A stretch of DNA of 64,000 nt from Marsupella aquatica (taxonomy: Eukaryota; Plantae; Marchantiophyta). The stretch covers positions 829,573 through 893,572 of the forward strand of contig OZ316899.1 in the NCBI GenBank assembly GCA_973895155.1, in the 5' to 3' direction. Below the pieces are notes generated by a model, which saw nothing but the letters and a program-made list of their open reading frames with translations, searched no databases and was not told the DNA's origin. Positions 48,290 to 61,149 of the stretch are shown here, one piece after another. Position numbers and translations under genes: made by a program. Within the stretch, counting starts at the first letter, position 1. Each line of letters opens with the position of its first letter.

Positions 48290-50765
48290 TCCTGTCACAA
48301 ATTCCGTCACCAAATCCCGTCAGAAAACCGTCAACGACGAACCAGAATTCCAACAAACATTAACAGCGCATAACGTCCACCTCTTAAGCTATTTTTCACT
48401 CAAACTTCACCAATGCAACCGCATTGGCATGCTCCATCCAAAATTGCAATAAAATTTCTAGTGGTCATCCATCCAACAGAGTTTCTACCCAAATTTGGGC
48501 ATAGCTTCCGCACGACCTTTGCTCATCACAAAAAATCTGCAGCAAGCCTTCCTCTCTAACCAGCAATGAACAGAGGTTTTTGCACAACCATTCAATCGGC
48601 GCATACAATGAGTATAGCTTCTCCGCATCAACGATTTGCGATGAAAGTGCAACCAGATTTCAAGAAATTCAGAGTTGAAATCAGAATACTCTCACTGATT
48701 TTTGACAGCGCTTCCGCGTCCAGATACGTGTTGCCAACCAGCAGCATCAACCAGCGATCAGCAAATGCCCACCAACGATCGACACCAACAAACAAACGGA
48801 TGAATCACCGAGCTCCACCAAGCACCTTTACTGGTCCGCATAGTTCAGAAAAACTGAGAGCATCCGCTCTCCTCCCCTCATTCTTCCAAGTAATCTCTTG
48901 CGAAACGGGACCCCGCTGCAAGGTATCACTAAGTCGACCCAAACTCACCCGCTAGCCATGCGGGACTCCAAGTCTATACACATAGCAGAACTCTGCCAAT
49001 GTTGCTCTACATGCCAACCGGCATATACTCTCTCTCTCTCACCATAGCCACACTCACATGAGCTCTACTAGTGCCGAGAGGCTCAACTTGGAAGAATGAG
49101 GAGCTAATCCCTCATTCTCCAAGGTATACCCCCATGGCACAAGGCATGGTAACCTGGGTGAAGAGGTCACCCCTACCAGGTGACCTGCTATGCCGGGTCA
49201 CCCTCCCAAACTCACAACACATGTGCAACCAACAAAGTTGCAACTCAAATGCAACATGGGGTGACACGGACCCTTTGGGTCCGTATAACAAATTCTTGAA
49301 GGCGGCTGCTGACACGCTCTGAACCGGACCCGCGGGTGGCCAGTACACTATGAGCGTGAAAAGCTCGGCCTATAGGAAGGGAGGAGGGGCCAGTCGAACA
49401 ATGAGCTCTTAGAGTATAAAAGGAGGGCCATTCTCTCGCATTACACCCACACTCCATTCCATGCGCCAGCTTCAATCTCAGCCACTTTGTCCCTCCTTAA
49501 TTGCCCACCGTCACTCCTGGATGTCTGTCACAATATTGTCCAGTTCAGCCCTTCAATTTTGGCTGCAATTCCTATCCGTGGGAAATCACTTAGCCAAAGT
49601 CAACCCGCGCCGATACGAGACCAAACGAGCTTACGAGAGAGCCATTCGCTTAGCCGGCCGTAATCACTATAACGGCAATTTCAACCTCCCATTCCAGAGT
49701 GAGCTTTGCCGAGTCAACAAAATCAGCAAGTACTTCTTTGTCGACGAGAAGTACGTTGGTTTTTGGAAGCGCTCCTTTGGCTTCCGGACAGGGTTTACCA
49801 TCTCTCGGGCATGATAGACTTGCAGCCGCACCACTACAAATAACATATCCCCACCCCAGTTCAAGCATCCATAGATTGTCAGTTTGGCCCTACCCAAACA
49901 AGCGAGACTCCTATCTTAACAACACTCAACTTCCCCAGGGACTTCCTGAATCTAATGGCGCCTCCTCTAGCTGCAACTGGTGCCAATTTGTCGGTACCTG
50001 CGCCAACACCGCCTCGGCCTCAGCCAGACCGATCTCCACCACCGGTCGCACCACCTCTCCAAGTGAATCCATGGTAAATGCAGTAAATATTAGCTCCAAA
50101 GACGAGGAGGCTCACCCTCCCCTGAACCGACGGCCGCGGGGGGATAACACGGTGACTGTAAGCAACCCCAACATCGATACTCACGGCGGTAGCGCTAACG
50201 CCATCCAACCGGAAGGATGTTGAGATGTCCCCCTCTTCTACTCACCCCGGGAATCAGTCCCGGGGTAGGAAGAGAAAGTAACCCGCAGTTGTATCTGAGC
50301 TACCTTTGGCCACGGTTGCGGTGCCCAAGCTGACCATGCATCGCATGGGGGAGAATGTTCACAAGAACATCCTCCATCCCAAGCATGCATGCTACTTGAA
50401 GACCCAAGGGTTTGAGCACCTTGCCTCTCTCCCTTGGAATGGAAGCAGGTACTACAGGCAGGATATAACGGAGTTCATTAAGAACTTTGACGAGGCCCGC
50501 CAACAAACCCGAGTGCACGGGAGAGTGATGTGTCTCAATGAGGCACGTCTAAAGATGATTTTTGGCCTACCCAAAGGAATAAACCGGGTAGAGTAACGGG
50601 ACCCTGGGGGCAAGGGAGCTAAATACCAGTCCTCTAGCTTTCCAACCGAGGGAGAAGTGGACAACGGATTCTTGATGAGGGCGTGCCTCATCCCGGAGGT
50701 AGCAGAACGCCTAGAGTTCCAGCGGTATGCCCTCCACATGATGGAACCACGGGGCGAAATATCTG
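48290..50765 (+). mobile_element. Unit D: LTR-like region (TATAAAAGG at 49415) followed by accessory ORFs, truncated by junction to chromovirus gag; left boundary uncertain
   Basis: TATA box, small ORF 49461-49814, and accessory ORF 50330-50765 that breaks off into gag-like sequence. Confidence 0.4.
50330..50765 (+). pseudogene. Retrotransposon accessory ORF of the same family as 7768 and 37924; truncated
   Basis: GFEHLASLPW..ITEFIKNF..LKMIFGLPKG..*..DNGFLMRACLIPEVAERLEFQRYALH. Confidence 0.6.
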
Positions 50766-50779
50766 GGTTGGGCCGGTTG

Positions 50780-53700
50780 GGGGCCCCGAGCGGCATTCAG
50801 ACCCGAGGGCCTAGGCATGAGCACTGGGTCGGCCCGGTCACAACAGCTAAGGCACTCCGCTTGCGGATGCCTATCAAGAAAGTTATGGGCGTTGCCAGTT
50901 GGTGGCGCGCCATTATGCGCGATGGGATCCGGGTTGGGGGCCAAATGTTTAGGGACCAAAGTTGGTCCGGGGGTGGCAGGTCTCCAGAAGCATATATGAG
51001 GGGAGTGGTGTCACCCTGGGGGCTAAGGCCGAGCCGAAGTCGTGAGCCGTGGCGGTCGCGACACTAAGGGAAACTGTCAAACGGAAATGGCGATATCTTC
51101 CCAACGGGAAGTCCGTTGGAGGACTTCTTGGGTGCGTTGGAAAGCTCTTGAGGAGGGCTATGCCCTACTGAGCTCAGATGGGTCAACTTTAATAAAGGAG
51201 CCTCATCGGCACAGAAAGCAAAGAAGCAGGCCACCATGGAGCAGAGGCGGGCTGAAGGTTTGTGCTTCACATGTGGTGCCATGGACCATCAAAGTAAGGA
51301 TTGTTCCACAAAAGGTGGCAAACCAAACAGAGATGGTGGAGGGCAGAAGAGCATTAAGGTAAGTATTGCTCTAACCGAACCCTTAGTAGCTGACAAGGTC
51401 CCTGTAGGGGATGTCCCTGACGGAGAGAGGGTGTTGTTGCGAGAGAAGATACCTAAAGTTAAGACAATGGATCCTGAAAAACTGATTTTTGTGAATGTCA
51501 CTTCTAACGGTAATCCGGGTGTTTCTTTGGTGGATACAAGCGCGACTGCCTGCTTCATAAGTGGGCAGGCGGCAGCTCGTCTTGGGGTGGACGTGCAAGA
51601 GTTGCTACAACCGTTAGTGTGCAAGTTTGCCAACGACACGAAGGGGATAGTGTCGAGAGTAGTGCATAGACTTCGAGTAGAGGTCATAGGAAAACAACAA
51701 AATTTTGTTAGTCAGGAGATGTTCTACGTTCTAGACGGTCTAGCCGTAGACTTCATTTGTTGGTAGGTTATCTCAGAAAGCACAATGTTACCTTGAAACC
51801 GGGGGGTGAGGTGCTCCATTCCCAATAAGGGCGGTGAGCCCATCGTTGTACACGAAATTACCAAAAATAAAGAAAGATTTCTTAAAGTAAGTAAAGTGTC
51901 GTGGATGTCTCTGTGTGTATTGGCGAAGCAATGGTGGAAAGACTTCAAGGGTGGACATGAATGTTTCTTCTTTCATCTCCACCCAACAAAGGAGGCTGCG
52001 ACCCTAAAGGTCAAGTCAGCTAAGGTCGGGCCCGACTGCGGTCGAATTCCTGAAATTTTAGAGAAATTCAATGACGTGCTCTCGCAAAAGCTAGCTACCT
52101 AAAGGTTTACCCCCGCGGAGAGAAGTGGATCACCAAGTTGAGTTGGAGCCGGGATCGGCTCCTCAGGCTAAAGCTCCTTATCGTCTGAACCTGAACGAGC
52201 GAATGATGTTGAAGAATGCCTTGGAAGAGCTGATCAACCAAGGGTTCATTCGCCCTAGTAAGAGTCCTTACGGGGCGCCCGCGCTGTTTGTGTCCAAAAA
52301 GGATGGTACTTTGAGATAGTGTGCAGATTACCGGGCCCTCAATAAGCAGACGGTAAAGAACAAGTACCCGTTACCTCATATGGATGACCTCTTTGATTGC
52401 CTCTCCGGGGCTAAGAAGTTTTCAAAGGTGGACTTGCGATCTGGGTATTACCAGATCCGCATGGCTAAGGGAGACGAGTATAAGACCGCGATGCGCACAA
52501 GGTTTGGATCCTATGAGTTTTTGGTTATGCCGTTCGGGTTGTGTAATGCAACCGCAACATTCATGAAGATGATGAATACCATCTTTCATGACTTGTTGGT
52601 CGTCTTTATTGACAACATCCTAATCTACTTGAAAATGTTGGAGGAGCATGAGCAGTTGCTCAGAGAAGTGTTCTCTCTCCTTTGTAAGGCTCGTCTCTAT
52701 GCTAAACCTAGCAAGTGCAAGTTTGCAATGAACGAGATTCAGTTCCTTGGCCATACCTTTACCCCGGAAGGGATTACGCCTAGTCAGGACAAGCTTAAGG
52801 AGATCAAAGAATGGGAATGCCCGTCCAATGTAAGGCAAGTTAGAGCCTTCTTAGGATTTACGGGGTTCTATCGGAGATACATGAAAGACTATGCGAGGAA
52901 CTTTCCCAAAGTGGTAATCCACACAGATAGCTCGCCGGCCGGGTACTTCAATTCTAAGCCAAGGCTGAACCCCAAGGAAATGCGCTGGAAAATGTTCTTG
53001 GCGAATTTTGATTTCGAAGTCTGCCACGTTCCAGGGAAGACAAATAGGGCAGCGGACGCGTTATCGCGTAAGGACCAACATCTTGTCAATGGGATCACGA
53101 TGCTCGAATCCGAGTGGCCAAAGGTTCTGGCCGCAGCGTGTGGGGATGACAGGTTAGCTAAGGAATGGCAAAGCAATGGGGGTAGCCAAGGCAAGGTAAG
53201 GCACGTATCGTTGGGGTTGGATAAGACGCATAATGTCCAGTTATGGCGATACAAATAGAGGCGTGTGTACATACCGGAGTCTCTAAGGTTAGAGGTTCTG
53301 CAAAAGTACCACGACTCGCCCTAGGGAGGGCATGGAGGACAAGCCGCTACGTATCGTAGCATGTTGCGAGATGTGTATTGGCCGGACATGAAGCAATCGG
53401 TCCTTCAACACGTGCAAAGTTGTTACTCGTGCCAAAAGAACCAAACGGTCTATAGGGCAAAAGGAGGACTACTACAACCTTACCAGTAGCTGCGGCTCCA
53501 TGGGAGTCTATCTCCATGGACTTCATTGTTGGGTTACCTGAGTCCCACGACAATAACTCCATCTTAACAATCGTGGATCGTTTTTCCAAGATGGTGTATT
53601 TCTTGCCTACTACGAAGATGGTTTCGGCCCGAGAGGTTGCCGGTCTAGTATTTGACAATGTCTTCCGACAATGGGGATTGCCGTTGAATATCCTGTCCGA

Positions 53701-54600
53701 CTGCGATACCAAGTTCACGGGCCATTTTTGGAAGGCGTTGTTCCGGTTATCCGGAACAGACCTGACTAGGGGATCAGCGTATCATCACAAGACAGATGGC
53801 CAAACAGAACGGGTTAATGGTATTGTGGAGGACTACTTGCGTCACTTTGTGACGGCCAATCAGAAGGATTGGGCAAAGCATTTAACAATGGCCGAGTTTA
53901 GGTATAACTTGACCAAGCATTCGGCGATGGGGTTTGCGCCATTTGTGTTGGCCACAGGGAGGACGCCAAGGGCGCCCCCTTGGTTTATAAATCCGGAAGC
54001 TTGGCGGACGGAAAGCAAGGTTCCTTCTGCGGACAATTTTATTCGAGAGCGGCTCCTAGTTGCGGAAGCGGCTACCAAGTGTATGACCCTTGCCCAAAGT
54101 TGGTACAAGGAGCAAGGGGATAAACATCAACGCCAGGTAAGCTTTGAAATTGGGGAGAGCGTCTGGTTGCAGTTGAGACCTGAGCAATACCACGGGAACA
54201 TAAGTAGGAAGCTGGCTCCCAGATATGCGGGGCCCTATCGCATTATACGATGGGCCCACAAGGATAATCGGGTTCTGGTGGTGTTGGAGACACCCAAGGA
54301 AATGGGCGTGGGTAAAAGCTACCATGTTAGCCGGCTCAAGAAGTTTGTCAAAGACGATGATCCCAACCGGGATCAGGTCTTGCGTCCGGACGCCATGCTG
54401 GTGGAGGACACTGAGGAGTTTGAGGTGGAGGCAATTCTGGACCACCATTACAAACGCAAGTTGGGAAGGCAAATCTTAGAGTATTTGGTGAAGTGGGCTG
54501 GCTATGACACGCCGAGAGTACTTGGGAACCGGAGGAAAATTTGGGTAATGCCTCAGAGATCCTTGGAAGCTATCGTAAGCAAAGCGGCCTACCGCCGTTG
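50780..54600 (+). pseudogene. pol: Chromovirus gag end-protease-RT-(RNase H deleted)-integrase-chromodomain, second copy; disrupted
   Basis: CFTCGAMDHQSKDC; SLVDTSAT; [18 protein letters not shown]; MDFIVGLP..GQTERVNG; FEVEAILDH..YLVKWAGYD. Homologous to 22081-23795 plus 34069-36100 in inverted orientation. Confidence 0.95.
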
Positions 54601-55037
54601 TGAACTGGTACAGGCAACTATAGCTACCTTTGTGAGTTGTATCCTAGTTTCACTCCTCTTGGCCTCTTAAGGATAAAGTCGGATTGCGTTGGTGCTAGAG
54701 GTTGTTGGGCGGCCGATTTGCTTTTTGCGAGTGGAAGTTGATGGTGCCCGCCCTACATCTGTGGGCGGGCTAGTTCAAACCAAAGGGGAGCGCCCCAAGG
54801 GGAGGACAATGGGTCCGACGAGTTTGGAGTGAGCTTGCCCGTTTGGACTGGCATCCTACTTGGATAAGTGGGATAGGTTGGAATTTCCTAAGTTTGGAAT
54901 GCACATATCAACCTAGTTTGCATCAGCCTTATGGGCAAACCATTTGTTACCTCATAAAAATTTTAAGGCCCAAAGTGGTCTAGGCGTGTTGGAACGTTTA
55001 TTGAGGTCATGCGGACGTGACCATTTTTAAGGGGGGG

Positions 55038-55166
55038 TGCAAGTCCCGGAACTCGACTACCTTAACACTTAGCTCCAGCGTTGCTGACTCCGACGCCGAG
55101 CTCCCTTATGGTCGAGACCCGGATAGGCCATCCGGGGAGGACTTAGCACGCGGAGACTTGTGGGCA
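55038..55166 (+). mobile_element. Start of the chromovirus 3' LTR after the polypurine tract (G7 at 55031-55037); homology to the 20814-21644 LTR lost after ~130 bp
   Basis: TTTTAAGGGGGGG|TGCAAG identical in arrangement to 21644. Confidence 0.85.
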
Positions 55167-55965
55167 ATGAGACGTGGCACTAGCAAGGCAAGGGGCCAAG
55201 CTGGGGGCACACACTAAGGACTTGGACTAGCCTATGGCTGGTCGGGTCAAGGGCAAATGGGCCGGGCTCAAGGATGGTCGTCTGGACCGTCGGATGGGCT
55301 TTGAGTTCTGAGGGCTTGGGAGTGAGCTCCTCTTGGGCCCAAGGCCAATGGAGTGTTCAATTGGTTCACTCCTTGTAGTGGGAGAACAAAATTTTGATAT
55401 GATATGTGTGATCCTCAATGGATCAATTTGGACTGTGTTATATCCACAGTGAGCCTAATGTGTTTGTCTTGCATGATCATGATGCAAGTTTACTTGATGA
55501 TTTTGTAAAGAACAAGATCATATGAAGCTTATTTGCCAATGTATTGGTGAGTCACTTTCTTTTGATTGAATTTGCAGTCATTTGATGTCAGTGTGACATG
55601 ATTTCAGGTGTAAACATGTAGCATTACATTGCTGCAGACTCATGGTGTGCTATCTCAATAGATATATTACAACAACCAGGAAACTCGAATGGTGTATTGT
55701 AAGTAGTGGGTATTTCCAAAATCATGAAGAAACGGAAAATTTTTAAATTTTTTATGGGGTTTAACCTCTAATTGTTGATAACAGAACGGAGATAGCATTC
55801 TGTCTACAAGTTACGGTTCCCAAGTTTAAAGTAAGTTTACGAGTAAACTCCAATTACTAGTTACGAGTTACTAGTTACGAGTTACGAGTTACGGGGTTGC
55901 AACAGTATACTAGTTACGACTTACTAGTTAGGCCTTTACGAGTTGGCGACCGATGATCGCGACGT

Positions 55966-58900
55966 CACTAGAAGAATCCGAGGTGAACTGAGACCGCAAT
56001 ATATGACTCATTTTGGCTCATGTGACTTCATTGTGACTCAACGTGACTTGACCCACGCTGTGACCCTTGGAGTTGCAAAAGTTGAGACCAAAAAATGGAA
56101 GTCACTATTGATACTGGGCTTTGCAACTTGCTTGATACCCATTTGTGACTGATCTGTGACTTTATTGTGGAGTCTAGCCTTGTTTCGACGTGACTGCAAT
56201 ATGACTTCAGCGAGTCACATCGTAAGTCACATACATGACTTGCCCGCATTCAACAACGACTAGCGTGTGACTATTTAGTGTCACAGGAGAGACCAATGGA
56301 GACCCTGGCCCGCGTCACACAACAGAACCATTTGGGACTCTATATACTCATGTTTATAACTAATAAGGTTCACATGCAAGTTATAACCATGACTAATGAA
56401 CACAGAGGGACAGTTCATAAGGAGAGAGAGCACTCGACATTACAATACATAGAAACCTGATGTTCTAACTTTAGAAATATAACACATTCAATACAAGAAA
56501 TGAACATAGCATGAATGACATCCACATGAAACAAAGCATCACATAAGCAGATCCTACATAAAACATTCATAAGAATTAAACACAATCACAATCTTGCTAA
56601 AAAATGAAGATCATTTGAATTCCAATGGAATAGTTTACAATGTGATCAATGTAATTTAGACAAAACAGGAACTCATAATTGATGACTGTAGGATGAGATA
56701 ACTGAAAGCACATGCATGATACTATGAATCTCCAAGAGGACATGATTCTTGTACTGCTTCTTGACATCTAAAATCTACATAACATGACTCACACTACAAA
56801 CAAATAATGGCATGACATTGTTATGGATCCTCTATGAACTTGCTTGGCCATAATACCAAAGAACCTGCAGCATCTCCAAGTGTCTTTTGAGGAGGATCAT
56901 CATTTGTGTTTGGAATGGGAAGGACAGCTTTAGGTTTCACTAGTAATGTGACTAACACTACTGAATAACCTGGGGGAATCCTCTTGCCATGGAACGTTGT
57001 GGAACCAACCTGCACTCTGGCAAATCCTACTCGTGTTCCACTCTCATCAACAGCTAACAAGCCACTTTGTCCCTCAGCATTAGGTGCTTTCCCCACTTCC
57101 ACCTTAGATCTTTCTGCCAGCACTGTTCTTGGAGGTTTGTATGAAACCTTTGACGTGGCTCTGCTCCCACCAACAGACTTGCTTCGTGTGCGCATGCTTC
57201 CTCTCTTCACAGTAGTGAAGCTAGGCTCAGTAGGTTCCTCTGTTAGGACTGTCACAGTAGCAGGTTCATCACCTGGGAGTGTCATACCAACTAACTCTTT
57301 GGTTGGATTTATCTCAACAAGAGGCACACCTGTCATTGAGAATGATACATTCTGCAAATCATTTATCTCTGCAATGGAGTCAAGATCTACATAGCATGAA
57401 TCTGGCTCAATGGTATCATTGTCATGCTTGCTGATATCCTCATTTGCCCCAACATTGATATCATCCACTCCCTTGCCAATGTCATCCTCATCCAAACATG
57501 GTTGACTGCCCTCTGTCAAACAAGTTGCTTGTATAGACTGCAACTTTGTTGCCTCTAAATTACAGCGAGTATTTGCCAGGTTCTCATACTTCTTCTCTGT
57601 AGCACCTGTCTTATTCTCTATGGACACAACAACCACAATATATGTTACTGAAAATAACACATTCAACAAACAATGTCAATTCAAACTATACATTTAATAA
57701 TCATATCCCACACAGTTGTAAAGGCGTTACCTTCAAGCCTACATGTCGTTGGCATGCCAGAAGAGTGCATCGACTTTGCCACCTCAAGTGGTGATGGTGG
57801 AACTCCTGCAGAATTGGAATCAATTTTATCTCTCACCGACACAACAGCTTCCATTAATGTCTTGAAGTTCACATGGAACAAGTCAGTCAATGAATTCAAA
57901 CGTTCATTGATCTCTGGAAGACATGTTTCGACAGCCTTCAAACGACCACTTATCTCTGTAAGTGAAGATCCACCTCCCTACATGACACAGGGGTATAGGT
58001 TCAATCACTCCATATGAAATGTTGGGCAATATATGCACAATCAATGTTATATACAGTGTACACCTGAAATTCAACGCAGGTCATTCAATTACCAATCAGA
58101 ACTCATATAACTTACATGCTTGGAGGATTCAGATGCACCCTCTTGAGCCCGGGTGTTCACAATTTCAGCCCTCAACTCTTCTTTTGAAGGGCTTTGCCCC
58201 AATTGGGCTTTCTGCACATGCATGGCAAACACAAGTTATCGATCAATATTCAGGGAACGTACACTAAAAAACAAAGTTTACATGTATGGGTTTACACTAA
58301 AAACAGTACATAGTGTAGCATAAATTACATAGCTAGGCCATTCATTCTTACCAAACGTTTAGCTGTCGGTGCAGTGCCGGTCCTTCCTGTCAGATTAGGG
58401 TTCTGAACACTCAACCTGGCCTCGGTCATCTGCGAACTCTTCTTTTTTGAAGCATCTGTTACAAAATAAGCTACTAACCTTGCCCACACTTTATCATCAC
58501 AACTGGCTGGTGGAGGCATATCTGGCTTCTCCCCACCTTCCTTCCAAGCCTTATGCATTCTCCACCTCTCTTGCTTGATAATTTTACCTGCTGTACTCTC
58601 TAGGCAACCTATGTCCACACCATCATCACTGCCCACATAATTCCATTTGGCAGCAACATTTTCACATACAGTCTTCCAATCTTTTGGATGTTGTTTTTTA
58701 AAATTAATAACACTCACATCTAACCAACGCAATACTTCAGCTTTCAAATCAGCATGCCATCGGTTCTTGCGAGGACACTCAGCATCCACCCATTGTCTCT
58801 CATTCAACTTTATGTTCCCTTTCTTTGTCACCTCCCCTCGTGCACTGCTCTCGGTAGTATTGGGCGTTGTATTGGCCACCCCTTCATTCACCCTACCTGG

Positions 58901-59863
58901 GGTTCTGAAGCCACCTGGGAAAATACAATGCCATTCATGCTTGAGAACTACATATAGCAGAATGGATGACGACAACATTCAATGCTTCACTTCAAGAAAA
59001 ATTCTTCAAACATACATACCTGTAGCTCTGCCTGTAGATGCCTGTGCAGGGACTGCACTCTGAAATTGTTGCGACCCTGGACCACCTGTCTAGCCTAGTA
59101 CAGGGGCCGGATGATGTCACTTTCTAGGTATGTGTGTGCAAACATATGTACTGAAAACTAAGTACAAACTGTAGGAAAACAACTGAACATTCACCGACAT
59201 ATCTGTCCCCCTTCCGTGCTGCATCTGCATAGGGGCATTAGTGAATACTTGAGTCGATGGTTCGACTGTCCAACCTGCACACATACATTTTCTATCATTA
59301 TACATGTGCAGAGTCCCCCCCACGTGAATGGACTCCACATATAATGAGTTCTTCCATTGCTGACAAGATCAGACATTACCTGCTCCTCTTCCAGCGTTTG
59401 TAGGTACTGAATTTTGATATCCCTGCCAATTACCTTCACCACCTTCCCAACCTTGTTCATTCCACGACCCACCACCATCCTCCCAACCTGGTTCAACCCA
59501 TGTCTGTCCTTGTGGACATTGGAACTGATCATTACTAGCATTTGCCCAATCAGGTTGGGCAGAATCTGCATGCAATGGCAGGTGGACAGAATTTCATGTT
59601 GTCTGAATCCAATACATCCCAAACAATGTCAAAAATTGATATGCAGTCTGAAATTCAGGAGTGCCATGCCTTCACAAAGAACTGGCATATAGATATATAC
59701 TCACATCCCCATGGTTGAGGTGGACGTCCATACCCACGAGATTGTGGGTTTGGACCTGCTCTGCCTCTACCACGGGCATAACCTAGAGCTTGCCCCCTGC
59801 CATAGTATTGGGCACCAGCCTGGGATCTACCACTACTACCACCTCGCCAACCTTGATCAGAGG
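55966..59863 (-). mobile_element. CACTA transposon copy 2 (3' TIR at 55966), interrupted at 59864 by an LTR-type insertion
   Basis: CACTAGAAGAATCCG at 55966; subterminal GTGAC/GTCAC motifs; inverted homolog of 1-2275. Confidence 0.88.
56821..58914 (-). CDS. CACTA TnpA-like protein, four in-phase exons (58914-58352, 58211-58116, 57977-57731, 57617-56821); further upstream exons likely to ~59863
   Basis: GT-AG junctions give a continuous frame. KQERWRMHKAW..VWARLVAYF..KKKSSQMTEARLSVQNPNLTGRTG resembles the Ptta/En/Spm (Transposase_24) domain. C-terminal domain as in copy 1. Confidence 0.7.
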
Positions 59864-60860
59864 TGTCACGTCGTAGGCTTCGGCCTTAACTCAGACTTCA
59901 GCTTAGACGGGCACATCCCTCGTAAATCTGAGGGTTCAGGCAGGAAGGGAAGCACGTAATGCACCTTATTCTCGTAAACTAGTGCTAAGTGCGCATACTG
60001 CTAAATACGGACACCTCCTAGGTATGGTTTGTGTTCCGCCGCCGGAACGTACCTTAGTCGATAGCAGGATCGACCCCGGCTTAAGGGCTTCTAAGCCTTC
60101 GTGCTGTCCGCCTTCGATCCGGATTCGATGATACAGGTCCTCAACCCGTGCTCGCAACCACTTACCCGCAGGCTGCACCCTGTGCACGTCTCGGGTAGTG
60201 CGTTCGGCCTGGCGCTGCCACCCATATACGAGAAACCCACACACATATGCGCACACATGCATACAATCTCGATTTACACGAAGGAAAATGATGGGAAAGG
60301 ATTTTACTACAAAGGGAACATATGCGTACACTTAGTTGACACGACAGCCCTGGAATGCACAGGTTCAAGGCCGAGGGTGCACACTACAACGGAGCCCAGC
60401 TCCGCACTCGCCCGGCGAGCTTAGTCCTACCCCCTCCCCTTGGTACTCTGTCATTCCCAGAGGTCGCGACTCCCCGCATGTCCCGCGGATGTCCGACTCT
60501 GAAACTAAAAACCCCCCTGCCTCTACCGAGGGGTGCACTAAATACTAAGAGCCGAGGGACGGGGTGTCCTCTCGCCGAAGATTCGCTAACTAAGGTCCTA
60601 ACTAAGCTGACAGTCAGGCCAAAAAATGGCTGTGTCTTATTAGAAGATCCTAATCTACGCAGGCTGGACAGCAGGGCAGCGCTGCTGTACCTAAGGCAGG
60701 TGCCTGTCCCAAGAGCCTGACTAAGCCAATCCTAATCCTAATCTATTCCTACTCCGCCGCTAATGCCTGGCACGCTTGCCAGAGCCGCCCGAATGGGAAC
60801 GGCCATCCCGCTGCCTTCGAAGCCTATCATTGTCTGCTTTGAGGAGCTGGACCTGGTCTG
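59864..60860. mobile_element. Second, truncated copy of the left end of unit C
   Basis: Co-linear with 36246-37200 from TGTCACGTCG to GAG(T/G)AGCTGGACCTGGTC. Confidence 0.88.
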
Positions 60861-61149
60861 TCAAACACTTGCCAAGGAGCTTAAGCGGCTTTTCTCCCCA
60901 AAAGACTACCTAATACCTGCTCCATGTCATACCAGGGTCACAAAGGATTGACAAAACTTCTGAAGTGTGCTTACAATGTCCAATCACTCCATACATAAGT
61001 AGTTTCAACTCTCCACTTCTAGAGAGGTAGTCCCCTTGACTACTTTTGTACTCACCCCTTCCCCTCTCCTCTACTCCAAGGATCAGCAAGGGGGATCTCC
61101 GCTCCAAGCTGTCACCTTAGAGTAGATTCTCACACAAACACCCAAGAAC

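Noticed and set aside
47200-48300. 5' LTR and PBS of the methyltransferase element
   Set aside because: The sequence is LTR/UTR-like, but with no second LTR to compare and no clear PBS I cannot support boundaries.
1-58250. One large inverted segmental duplication
   Set aside because: Homology stops exactly at the CACTA TIRs and at chromovirus boundaries; the intervening sequences are unrelated.
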